Of a DNA stretch of 64,000 nt, positions 1-11,599 are shown one piece after another. Location: NCBI GenBank assembly GCA_030704615.1, contig CM060731.1, positions 88,474,001-88,538,000 of the forward strand, read 5' to 3'. The DNA comes from Takakia lepidozioides (taxonomy: Eukaryota; Plantae; Bryophyta). The position numbers and the translations under genes were made by a program. The notes below the pieces were generated by a model, which searched no databases, had not been told where the DNA came from, and saw only the letters and a list, made by a program, of their open reading frames with translations. How positions within the stretch are numbered: the first letter of the stretch is position 1; each line of letters starts with the position of its first letter.

Positions 1-29
1 CAGACCATCAATGCTATAGCTTGGAAAAT

Positions 30-3000
30 ATGGAGGAACTAACAGACTATACGCTCGCAATATTACTTACGCAGTGGCATAGACGCGAAAGGACAGAGAG
101 GAGCTTTTCTCTTGAGCGATGCTTGCAAGCCCCGCAGGCTTACAAGAAATTACCCATAGCTTTCTGCGGCAACCATACGTTTATGCTTTGTGCACTACAG
201 GCATTCCTGCAGTTGTTACAGCCAAAACAGTTCTGTGAGTCTAAAATGAAGAGAGTGAGAGGAATGGAGGAAATCAGGGTGAAGAGCACCACAATTCTGC
301 AGAAACAAACGATTGCTACCCCACAGGCGATACAGATACTGGAGGAGCTGAGATTGCAAGGATTGCAAAGCCTAGATTGGACACTACACCATAGACAGTA
401 CATGTTACAATTTTTGCAGAACTTTGAGCCAAGGACAGGAACAACAACGGTGAAGGGAGTTGAATTAATGATTACTCCCCTATACCTCCAGCAATTGTTT
501 CGATTGCCAGCAGGTCAGGTGCATGTGGAGGAACACAGGGCAAGACTGCAAATAGGGGACTTATTCCAAGAAGGGAGTTTCTTAAAAACTCAGGGTTATG
601 CTTGTACCAAGGCTGTGTACCCAGGGCTAAAAGAGGTAGGCCAGGTATTGAACGTTCTGATTGCCATGAAACAGAACCAACAGTATTTGAGCAGATCCTT
701 CACGGAGGAAATACTCAAAGGCCTGAAGGGACAAGAGGTACAATGGGCGGACATTATGTACAACACACTGGTAGAGGAGATGAAAAGATTACAAGGTACT
801 ACCGCAAAGTCTCCTATCATAGTGTCTGGCCCAATCATTGCTCAAATAATCCTTGATTCTGGCATACTTGATGCGCAAGAAAGAAAGGAAATGGGAGTGT
901 TTGAGCCAGAAACAACTGCAATGGAAGAGCAAGGCTCTTCACACAGTGAGGGTGGACTAGCAGGGCAACCCGAGACTAAGAGGCAGAGACGGGGAAAGAC
1001 TGTAGTGGCGGATCCACTGGCTTCACGGACTCCGCATGATAATGTTTCCCAAGCTCATGGTCAGGAAGGGGCACAGCAGCATAGAGAAATGCTATTACTG
1101 GAAGCAGGACCTTCAGAGAGGGAGGAGAAAGTTACTTCTGTATCACAACCACCACAGCCAACTGATCGACTTGTCACAAGGTCACAAGTTATCCATGCAG
1201 CTCAACCAGAAATAATTGATTTGGAAAGAGAAGGGTTAGATATTCCAACTACAGAACAGATAGTGGCAGAAATGGAGAAGGGGGACCTTCTCTATGAATA
1301 TTCTGGTCTGGTCAGAGACAGAGATCCCAGAGGTGCAACAGTTGCCCAAGGGAAATCCTGAGGTGCATATAATACACACACCTGTGTTGGAGGTACCACA
1401 GGCGGAAGGTCATGACACTGTAGCACCGGTGATAGATGAAGTAGTTCAGGAAGAAAATCCGGTGGGACAATGGCCTGAATGGTTTGTGAGACATCACACT
1501 GTTGAAGATCAGGAGGAAGAGCAGCAACCTCACCATGATGACCCTCAACAGGCAATGCTGATGAGTTCCATAGGCAGGACACTTAATTTGTTGGGGACTT
1601 ATGTCAAATCCCATGTTCCAATTACCCAATTGACAGCCTTGAGAGAGGAACTCAGGAAGGAGTTTGAGGCTCGACTAGCCACTGAGTGTGCAAACAAGGT
1701 CGATGAAGAGGTCACTCTCAAGATGAAGCAGGACTTGGGAAATACAGAAATGGCTTTGCAATTGGCCAAGGAACAATTGATTGAGGCAGGCCTCGCGCAA
1801 GACCAGTTGCACGAAGCACATAAGCAACAGCTATACCAAATGCAGGTGCAGCATGAAAGCAAGTTGCAAGAAGTGAATGCACTACATACGGAGTTGCAGA
1901 CAGTGCATGACAGGATGGCGATACAATGTGCTACATTTACAACTATGCTTGACCAATCTACAAAAGAAATAAACAGTCAAGCGGAAAAATGTACGAAGGC
2001 AGAAAAAGAGAATGTTGAGCAAATGAAGCTCATTGTCGATATGAAGAATACAATCTGTCGCAATGAAGATACTTTCAAGCAATACAGGCAGATTGAAGCT
2101 GATCAAGAGAAGCACATCGTGGAGTTGCAACAAACCATCATGGCCAATAGAAATGAAATCGCGGTCAATAACAAGGCTTGGAAGGAAGCCAATAATCTAC
2201 TTGCTGCTTATGCGCAATTGGTTGAACCTCAGGCGAAGCGCATGGAGGCTTTACAACAGCAGTTGGAATTGTACAAGCTAAGAGAGGAGCAAACTCTCAG
2301 GGGAACCACAAGCAACTTGGTGGATAACAGCCTTATGCAGGTCTGGTTAGCACAAGGGCCAGTAGAGGGCAAAGCACCACGAAAGCTCACCCAAAGCGAG
2401 ATAAATGAGCTCAGGCTGCAGGTGCAGAACATTGCCACAACTACTATAGACAATGTCTATAGTAGGATAGCAGAGTTATAAGAGGATATAGACGGACTGC
2501 AGACTCAAGTGGAAGACCTCACTTCAAACATCGACAAAAGAGTCTATATCCCTCAGGAACAGCTAATGGCTTCTTATTTACAAGCCAGAACTTTGGCTTT
2601 TCAGTCTTCACAGGAGGTGCAAGAGATGCCAATGATACAAGAGCCAGGACCACCACCACCACAACAAGGCACTGTACCAGTAGCTGAACCTGTGGTTACT
2701 ACAACCACACCACAGCCACCACAGCCGGAGGTATGGGGCAATGCCGCTTTTAACCCACCTAAAACTCCAGCTGCAAGGGAGTACAGTAGGGCTATGATTA
2801 TGCCCTTCAACCAAATTCCCATCATGTTGGATTTGGCTTGGAAAGAATTTAGTCCTCCGCAGTCATTCGCACATTACTACCAAATCATGCGTATTTGGCT
2901 GCCAGTGGCAACTAGGACTAAAGTTCTTCCGAACAATCGGCATATTGAAGATCATCACTTTGCACAATACTGGCACGAGGCAGGTACCATGTTGAGGGAA

Positions 3001-3795
3001 TTGATTGCTTTCCAGGTTGTACATGGACTCATTTATACCAAGACCAAGGAGGTAACAAGTATTGTCATGGGATGCGGGTTATACTACGCTGCTTGTTTTC
3101 TGGTACGTTACCACATTGAGCAACAAAAGATGCAAACACGCTTTCTGAGTTATTCCAGTGGAGATCATTGGGTATTACCTTTGGTGCCACCTCATATGTA
3201 CCTATATGACCCAAAAGTTATGATGCAAAAGGATTCTAAAATTCGTTCATGGTTTCAAGCGCCCTGGAACCAATTGTCAACATAAAAATTCGGCATTGAT
3301 GACATTTTCTATAAGGGACATGTGGCATGGAAATACTTGCACGCTGCACCAGTAATTGGTACCCCACTCACCTGGACAGACAAGGAGCTCAGTGTCTACA
3401 CCAATTTTGCTGTTCAGCGGTTACACCAAGTTGTAAAATACAAACTTCCAGACATGGTAGGACAGCATTGTATGCCCCAGATGATTCCACAAAAAGTTCG
3501 AAAATTAAAACACCTGAGAGGCGATGAGGATTCTGATACAACTGTTTCTTCACCGAATTCTTTTGACATGGGAGAAGACTATGCAGTTCAGATGGCAGAG
3601 AAGAAGCGACGGGGGTCTCCTATGCCGGAAAGGTTACCTCGATATCAGCCTCCAGAGGGCCTCACTTATCTAGGTAGTGATCAACCATCTCCGTCAACCA
3701 GAGACAGACCTCGGGCTCGTACACACAGTCCGCCACGAAACTCTCAACGTCAAAAAGGTGTTCACTCACAAAGCTTTGCTAATCGAAAGCAGTAA
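30..3795 (+). pseudogene. Extra (env-like position) ORF of a Ty3/Gypsy LTR retrotransposon, ~1,250 aa, broken by one frameshift (~1340) and two stops (2479, 3283)
   Basis: ORFs 21-1361, 1294-2481, 2509-3285 and 3322-3795 are collinear with the second copy at 11.6-14.9 kb. The N-terminus (LQQLFRLP ... WADIMYNTL ... GPIIAQI) resembles plant retroelement accessory domains and the middle is a long Q/E-rich coiled coil. The ORF ends just before the PPT and LTR. Confidence 0.7.
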
Positions 3796-3816
3796 ACCGT
3801 GAGGACACGGCTTTTT

Positions 3817-3830
3817 GAGGGGGGAAGGGG
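3817..3830 (+). promoter_or_regulatory. Polypurine tract of LTR retrotransposon
   Basis: GAGGACACGGCTTTTT-GAGGGGGGAAGGGG-TAA-TG, a typical Ty3/Gypsy PPT context. The same motif is at 15004-15036. Confidence 0.85.
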
Positions 3831-3833
3831 TAA

Positions 3834-4809
3834 TGTTAGAGGACTGTCGGGGACTTAGACACTTGTACGGGATCTGTAGGGTACCCTTAATTTTTGCACA
3901 GACTGAGACCAACAGGAGTCTTAGGGGTGACAGCAGCGCACTGTAGAGGGGGGTTACACAGCCCGTCACAGTAGTCACAGCCGACACAGCCGACACAGCC
4001 CGTCACAGTCACACAGCCGACACAGCCAACACAGCCCGTTACAGTCGTCACAGCAGACACAGCCGACACAGCCGACACAGCCCGACACAGCCAACACAGC
4101 CACACAGCCAGTCACAGCCCGACACAGCCAAACACAGTCGCACAGCCAATCACAGCCCGTCACAATTTCACACAGCCAGTCACAGCTTGACACAGCTGTC
4201 ACGATCATAGGGAACGGAGAGCAGGACAGGGAACGACTGTGGGGAACATGTTAGTTCACAAACGACGGTTAGTGAGGGAAACGGTTAGAACCACGGATAG
4301 GAAGATAAAGGGAAGAAACGGTGAATTGAGGGGGATCATTCGGAGAAGGACTTCTTGGTCATGAAGGAGAGGGGATCGGGCAGAGATGAAGAACGGAAGT
4401 GAAGATAGAGAGATGATGAGTAGATGCTTGATATATGCAAGGCTGTAATGATATAGTAGAGCAGATTAGAGACACAATGGCTTCGGCTTGATACCTGATA
4501 AATCATAATCGGATACTTTTACGATACAATCACACTGTGTAGAGAGATCTGAGTGAAGCTGTGAAATGAATGGATGAGCTGATGGAATCCAATAGATTGA
4601 TAAAGCAAACTGATACTTAATTATCAATGGTAAGATAGCTAACATGAATACCAAAAGGGAAACAAATAGGAAACACCCCCATGATACACTAGCTGTAGGT
4701 CATGACTGATCGTTCTGCGCGGGCTGAGTACTTAGAGATTTCCAACTCTTCTATCTTGGAGTTTCCGCCTCGAATAGCGAAGGGATGGGTGAGTAAAAGC
4801 TGCGCGACA
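3834..4809 (+). mobile_element. 3' LTR (976 bp, TG...CA)
   Basis: Starts TGTTAGAG 3 nt after the PPT and ends ...GAGTAAAAGCTGCGCGACA. Similarity to the second copy (15037 onward, and inverted 15850-16180) stops exactly at this CA. Confidence 0.85.
3955..4203 (+). repeat. Imperfect ACACAGCC(G)/GTCACAGCC ~10-bp tandem repeats inside the LTR
   Basis: Directly visible. Similar tracts are at 15172-15382 and 11057-11195. Confidence 0.85.
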
Positions 4810-4933
4810 GTTACTGACGACATATCTTCGCCGCATTACAGGATCTGGAACTTCCAAAAACGGCAAGGTCAAATAAAAATCTATTATTTTAATACTTGTT
4901 TAATCTGCCGCATTTCCAAATTTGGAGGAGTCC

Positions 4934-5059
4934 GCTCATGAAATCCGCGTGTCTTAGACTTCGGCTCACCGCTCATGCGGCTCATGCGGCTCACGGCTCA
5001 TGGCTCATGGCTCATGGCTCATGGCTCATGGTTTCTGCTCATGAAATAGTAAACCTCCC
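4934..5059. repeat. GGCTCAT heptamer cluster ending in CATGAAATAGTAAACCTCCC; candidate DNA-transposon terminus
   Basis: More than 10 GCTCATG/GCTCACG units. The same ending occurs at 10766-10816 and 19121-19171. Confidence 0.6.
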
Positions 5060-7265
5060 TGGACATGTCTGGCGGAATTGTTGACGAGTCTAAGAAAGAT
5101 CTGCACGCGAAAGCAGAAGAGAAGAGAAAGGAAAGACCTGTCCCTGCTCGGCCAAAGTCGGCAAAGGAAGCTGCTGCTTTGGAACAATCCAGAAAGGCAG
5201 CTGAGATGGCACAGAAGACGGTGGATGCAGCTGTGCAGGCTCAACAGAAGGGGTCGAAGAAGCGGACTCGCCAGCAAGGAGCAGCAGTTGTGACACCCAA
5301 GAAAACGAAGAAGCAGAAACAGATAGTGCAGGAAGAGGGTGAGGAAGAGGACTCCGATGGAGACTTTGTAACTAGTCCACCCCCCGAAATGCAGCCGAAA
5401 TCCCCTGTGCCCACCGTTGTCACGAGAGGGACGAGAACTGGCTCGGCAAAGAAGGCACTCTTCAACCCCCCGGGGGGGCACCCTTTCGAGCCGGTGGAAA
5501 TGAAGAGGCCGAAAGTGGATCCCAATACAGTAGTCCAGTGTGTAAATGAGAGTTTCTTGGCGGCTTTGGATGGACGGGCAGCCAAGTTGGCATACATGAA
5601 GACCATGGAGGGTCTGAAGGGCAGAGCACTGAAAAAGGCGGCTGCCGAAGAGCCTTCCGACACCCTTGGGTTTCTGAAGATGGTCTCGTTCTTTGAGAGG
5701 GTGTGTGCAGACAAGGATTACAGGAGGGGCGGAAATGCCACCGAGTGGTCTTGCGATATGATCATCTTGGATATTCCGGACGGAGAGCCTGTGGAAGGAC
5801 TGCAAGCTTTGCCATCTTGGAACAGGTACTCCGAGGACTTTTGGAAGAAAGGATTCGGGCTCGCCCGCATGGTGTTGGACGACAGAGGCTGTGTGGTTGT
5901 CCTGGCGAGTAGAGGCAAAAACACGCAGACAGGAATTGCGAAGTGGACCCGCAAAAGCGCCGTCCCAATTCTGAAGAAGAAGTGGACGTGCATCAACACA
6001 TTGGGCCTTCGGTCGGAAGGGAAGAAGGTAATTACGACATTGGCACTCGTCCTTTCATTTTCTTAGGAGTTTTGAAATGCGGTGCCGCATTCGATTTCTA
6101 ATCGTTCCCCACTCTGTATGCAGACGAAGCAGTTCGATGCATACTGCTTTGTGAAGGAGAACTCCACCTTTGCTTTCCGGAAGGAGGGATTGTTGGTCGA
6201 CCCGAACTGCGACCCCATCGATTACAACGTCCTGTTCAACAACGTTCACACGGAACTTCTCTCTCATAGCCTCACTTCAACGGAACCCCTGCGGTATTCA
6301 CGGACTCGGAGCCCTGCCTTCATTCAGACAATTATGGAGACATGCACTTACGTGGAGGGCACAGTGCTCGACCTCATCTGTGGGACAGGTATGCAGAATC
6401 TTGTTGTATGTTGTTCTTCAAATTCTCCTTATGCTTTAATTCGCAACATCTGAAGGGCCATGTTATAATGTGTGGATGGCATTGTAACAGGTGCCTCAAT
6501 GTGGGCTGGGCGGTTTTCCGACCGGCACCTCTTTGCCTACGAGGAGGACACATCCGTCTGGGGATCCCATCTGGAAGGGCTGCAACGGAATGTGAAGGCT
6601 CCCATCAAAGCCAAAGACTCCTCAGATTCGTCGAAGTCGGAGGAAGAGACAGTGGACATTGATGCCGAGGAGAACCCGGAATACGAGTGAGTGCAAACAT
6701 TGTAAGTTTGCAAAGCCTTCTGGGTGATTTTTTGTCAAACGCATTTCCGGACTGTGGTTCTCATTGGTCTCGTTGGTGATTGTTATGTGCAGGATTCCAG
6801 GATCCGGTTCGAAACATGTAGGGCCTACACTTCCTGCCAGGAAGAATGTCTCGTTCTTTGCAAGGGCCGACTTCATGACGAGCCCGGTGAAGGACTACTC
6901 CCTTCCTAGTTATGTAGCTAAACTCGCAAATACAATGATGAGACGATGTGAGAATCCCAGTAAAGTAGAGCAGATTTTGGAGAGGGCTAGGGAGGACAGA
7001 AGGATAAGGAAAGAGTTGGCAACAGCAGAGACAGACAGGTAGACGGGTGCGAAAGTTCATATGTGATTCAGCGGATGAGAGCGATGCAAACAGGGAGGAC
7101 GACGACCCAACGGAGGTGAGATGGTCGGTTCCGCAAGGAGAAGATGATTTTTTCGAAAGCCTGGCCAACGAGCAGTCCGCAGGAGATGAGAAAGGCAATG
7201 ACGGGGTGGAGGCGGAGCAGGACAGTCAAGGACAGGACGACGATACTGATGATTTTCAAGATTAA
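5060..7265 (+). pseudogene. Spliced N6/N4 (beta-class) DNA methyltransferase-like gene, copy A, probably 5'-truncated
   Basis: Predicted GT-AG introns 6028-6123, 6389-6490 and 6687-6792 join CDMIILDIPD (motif IV position), ARMVLDDRGCVVV, RSPAFIQTIMETCTYVEGTVLDLICGTG (motifs X-I), ASMWAGRFSDRHLFAYEED (motif II) and an acidic C-terminal exon with a frameshift near 7040. LDMSGGIV at the start aligns with internal LDMPKGTI of copy B. Confidence 0.7.
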
Positions 7266-7401
7266 TAGAATTTTAATGAATTCTCTGTACATTTAAATTC
7301 TCTTCCAGAGTATATAGAGGAAATTCTCCCCGTCCTTCATGTCCCCTCTCCCATGTGCTTCTCAACGACACCATCGTCCAAACCACGTCCCTCCCAAAAT
7401 C

Positions 7402-8386
7402 GGAAATGCGGCACCGCATTTCCAAATCCGGGGCAAGAACAATTTTCTGTTTCATGGTTTGGACATCAGAAACTATTCGGCCAAACGGAAATGCGGTGCC
7501 GCATTTCCATTTTCGACACGGCAATTTTGCCGATTGTCAGCTCCTTCCATGGAGGTAAATGGAAATGCCACCCCGCATGCGGAGGTCGAACACGTTATCT
7601 AAATGGCGGACATGGAAATGCGGTGCCGCATTTCTATTTTGGAGATGGACGTTTTTCCAACTGCAGACCCATCGACGGAAATGCGGCTCCGCATTTCATG
7701 ATGCTAGACGGGAATGCGGCACCGCATTCCATTGTCCAATAAGAAATTTCGATGACGTACATGGAAATGCGGCGCCACATTTCCAAAACAGACATCGTTG
7801 TTTGTCCAATTCCGGACCCGTGTGGGCATTCCGTCTTGTTGGACGGGAATGCGGCACCGCATTCCATTGTCCAATACGAAATTTTGATGACGGACATCGT
7901 TGTTTGTCCAATTCCAGACCCTTGGACGGAAATGCGGCACCGCATTGCATCGTGCTGGACGGAAATGCGGCACCGCATTCCATCGTGCTGGTCGGAAATG
8001 CGGCACCGCATTCCATCGTGCTGGACGGAAATGCGGCACCGCATTCCATTGTCCAATAAGAACTTTCGATTGCCAAACATGGAAATGCGTGGCCGCATTT
8101 CCAAGGCCCACGTCGTTGTTTGTCCAATTCCAGACCCGTGTGGGTATTCCGTCTAGCTAGACGGAAATGCGGCACCGCATTCCATTGTCCAATACGAAAT
8201 TTTGATGACGGACATGGAAATGCGGCACCGCATTCCATTGTCCAATACGAAATTTTGATGACGGACATGGAAATGCGGTGCCGCATTTTCAGAACGGACA
8301 TCGTTGTTTGTCCAATTCCAGACCCTTCGACTGAAATGCGGCACCGCATTCCATTGTGCTCTCCGGAAATGCGGTGCCGCATTCCA
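7402..8386. repeat. Array of 18 palindromes GGAAATGCGG-(CA/TG)-CCGCATT(T)CC
   Basis: The arms are reverse complements of each other. Includes a 33-bp unit repeated 4 times (7923-8050) and longer composite units. Confidence 0.95.
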
Positions 8387-8674
8387 TTGTCCATTTCCGA
8401 GCTTCGGCATGTACACGTTTCCTTTTACTCATACATGGATTTCCTTCACCTCAGGACTCTGATATCGCTGACTCTGGTATATTCATATGGACAGACACAT
8501 TGTAGAAATGAGACCACAAATTGTAAACAGTGGGCCAATTACGGCAGTTCTTGAACACAATGAAACACAAGCACACAGAAGTGAGGTACGATGGGTTGTT
8601 TTATTGATCGAACACAGTGTCTCACATTTAGCAACTCCAGACAAATCTAAGCCCTTCCTCCTTCTACATGGGCG

Positions 8675-9283
8675 TCACCAAGTCGACGGACCTTCGATAG
8701 CCCTCAAAACAAGCTCATTACTGATGCGGCACCTCGAGGTAAACTGCAATGCGGTCGTTCCAGTGCCCTTGGTGGAGCTGACGACAATGTCATGCCCATC
8801 AATCATACCACCATCATACATTGACAAGGTCACTGTGGGCCTCATGTGCCCGTGCGATTCGTCTTCGCAACTCAGCCGAATGTCTCCATACACTGGAAGA
8901 GCGGAGTGAACTCCACGAATATAGTTTTCCCCGGTGCCGTCCTCCCTGGTCCACTGGCAGCAGTTCCAGCGCCAAAGTGAGGCCGTGCGTGATCTGTCCG
9001 GCATCCCATTCCACCTTGGTATATCGAGGTCAACAATTTTCAGGACCCACGGACCGCATTGACCCTCGCCCTCACCTCGCTCAAAGCGGTAATAGCCCTC
9101 CAAATACTCCATTGCGCGCAAAGACTCCCACTTGATTCCAGAAGCGTCTGTGAAAACAAAGAGCCAGACAATGATGTCTCCTGATTCTGGTTTGAACATA
9201 GCATAATCATGGCCATGATAAGGGCAGTCAGCAGGATTTTGGCAACACGGCATCCTTGAAAAAGAGTAGCGGAGTACGCTCAA
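8675..9283 (-). CDS. Small unknown Cys/Trp-motif protein, paralog 1 (~190-200 aa)
   Basis: Open ORF. The motif WVLKIVDLDIP...SRTASLWRWNCCQWT...GENY is shared with 9810-10353 and 56191-56742. Confidence 0.65.
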   Translation of the reverse strand: MSVLRYSFSRMPCCQNPADCPYHGHDYAMFKPESGDIIVWLFVFTDASGIKWESLRAMEYLEGYYRFERGEGEGQCGPWVLKIVDLDIPRWNGMPDRSRTASLWRWNCCQWTREDGTGENYIRGVHSALPVYGDIRLSCEDESHGHMRPTVTLSMYDGGMIDGHDIVVSSTKGTGTTALQFTSRCRISNELVLRAIEGPSTW

Positions 9284-9809
9284 TGACAGCAGCTCCCGGA
9301 TGGAGGAGGCAGCAGCGCGGTGGCTGGAAGAAGTTCAAGCAAACGCTGCAATTCCTCACAAACACTCCAGGGCACATTTAATTTTCCCCCCTACAAGAAC
9401 CTGCACGGATGAAGATTGGCTGCTCCATGAATGTAGCCGTTTCAGTTTCCTTCCCTGCCATGCAAACTATGGGCAGTAAGTGCCAGGTGGGCCTATAGCC
9501 ACTCGAGCCGACGAAGTCCATCCCCCCTTCGATGTAAATGCGGCGCCGAATTTCCATCCGGGGGATGGACTTCGGTGGCAGATTTCAAACTATACCCCAT
9601 GGATGAGAAAGAGGTATCGGTTCATCCACCGCTGGCGTGATGAACACGTTACACGATGATTGGTGGGTACGTGGGACCCAGATGCTCCATTATTGGAGCC
9701 CGCACTGCTCTTCCCCTTCTCATCATTTCAAAAATCTAAGGGCTTCGTTGCTGTCCGCAAGGTCATTGTCATCGGCATCAAAGACGTCCTCAGGTCCTCC
9801 TTTGCAAGG

Positions 9810-10353
9810 ATGTCGTGCTTCCGGAACCGGGACGACTGCCCTTATGGAGGCTTCGATTATGTAGTGTATTCGGCCACATCGGGAGACATCGTTATCTGGT
9901 ATTGGTTCGAATGTGGAAACATTGTCCGCTTTTGAGTATATCCCAGGCCACTACGCCTTCGAGCGGGGTGACGATCTTGGTCTGAGGAGTCCGTGGCTCC
10001 TGCGCATCCTTGATTCCGATTTTCCCACGTACGACGGGCACCCATGCAGAAGAATGCGCACTGCTATGCTGTTGCGGTGGAACTGCTGCCAGTGGACGTG
10101 GGTGGACTCCATCGGAGAGACGTATTCTCCTGAAGGAGTGCGCTCCTCTTCTCCATTGTATGGGGACATTCGCATTGGTGTGGACGACGAAAACGTGAAG
10201 CTTTCCATATTCGATGGTGGTACGATTGAAGGGCACGACATTGTGGTGAACATCAACAGGGGCGGTACAACGGCTGCAATCCAGTTTACCTGGAGGAGCC
10301 CGATGACTCATGAGCTAGTTTTCAGAGTAGTCGAAGTCCCATTGACAACGTGA
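9810..10353 (+). pseudogene. Small unknown Cys/Trp-motif protein, paralog 2 (frameshift near 9925)
   Basis: MSCFRNRDDCPY...SGDIVIW (ORF 9660-9935) joined to AFEYIPGHY...WLLRILDSDFP...RWNCCQWT (ORF 9913-10353) aligns end to end with paralog 1. Confidence 0.65.
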
Positions 10354-10737
10354 CTTTTATTCAGAAGGCACAGGGCTAAAGATTTGTTTGCACAATCAAC
10401 ACAGTAGACGTGCTTCAAATGCAATTCATGTGGATCAATAAAAATCCCATAGTGCTATCTTTTTGTTCTATTCTGTATCCATCGTTCCCAAAATGCATCA
10501 TTCCTCATTTCGTTTGGGATTGGGAGTGTGGGTGGATTTTGCAAGTGGTTGGTAGGCTGAAATGGGCCCCCATTGTACAGAGCAGTACCACCCTACCATT
10601 CGCAAAACATTGTCTTTCAATATGTAATTCTAAAAAACATTGTCGAACCTCCTTCATCGGGAGGTCCTTCTCCCCCTATGACCGTGACACCCTAAACCTT
10701 ATTCCCGCGGACACTCATTTCCGGAAAATAGTCCTGC

Positions 10738-10816
10738 TCATGTTTTTTTCGACACTTACGACTCTGCTCATGGCTCATGCCGCTCATGGCTCATGGCTCA
10801 TGAAATAGCAGCCCCC
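10738..10816. repeat. GGCTCAT cluster ending CATGAAATAGCAGCCCCC; candidate right terminus of the MTase-carrying element
   Basis: Same motif and ending as 4934-5059 and 19121-19171. Confidence 0.6.
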
Positions 10817-11599
10817 ATACAGAAGATGTATGATAACAACACCGCCATGTTACAAACCATTAACAAAGAGATGCTGGGAAGAGACAATGCCAATAAGTTG
10901 AAGGGATACTATGGTATCCATGACAAACCATTGCAGCACGATTAGCATATTGAAACACAGAAACAGTCACGGGCTGCACCGGTAATACCAACGGAGCATG
11001 AAGCACTTGTCGTAAAGCCGAATGTGTATGGCCTGAGTGGAGAACATGGGTGTTCGCACAGTTATCACAACCCATCACAGCATCACACAGCCTATCATTG
11101 CCCACCACAGTGCCATACAGTCTACCACAACCCACCACAGTGTCAGTTTGACACAGCCTGTCACAACCCAACACAGCCCACGCGGGTTACACAGTCCATA
11201 GGGTCAGTGACAGGTGGACGTGGGTTAACGTCCGAAAAGTGGCCGGCGGGTGAAAAGACAGCTTGGAAGTCAAACTCGGAGAATGTGCCACGCGGACAGG
11301 GGAAGATGGAGGTAGGTCTAGAAACAAACACGTGGTCGCCAGGGCGAAGCACACCGCAGTGCATATATTGCAAAAGCGGGTGTCATCATGCAAGAAGACA
11401 AATTGGGCCGTCAAAGTACCTACCCGGTACATCAACCCAAACTATTTGTGGGCCCATTAATGCATTCGGGGCAAGGGTAACGGAACCCTTTACGAGTACA
11501 GAAAAGGGGGACTTTTGCCACATGTGCTGTCCTAGTGGACATTCCAGGGGGGAAAGTCCACTGAGGGGGGTTAAATTAAGAAGTTACCCAAGGAGGCAA

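Noticed and set aside
7402-8386. Canonical bacterial parS sites
   Set aside because: The sequence does not match TGTTNCACGTGAAACA; only the general palindrome-array layout is analogous.
7273-8554. Many overlapping ORFs on both strands (GNAAPH/ECGAAF/MRHRI)
   Set aside because: These are translations of the palindromic array, not genes.
10790-10816. Helitron 3' end
   Set aside because: There is no CTRR terminus with a GC hairpin and no Rep/helicase ORF in the window.
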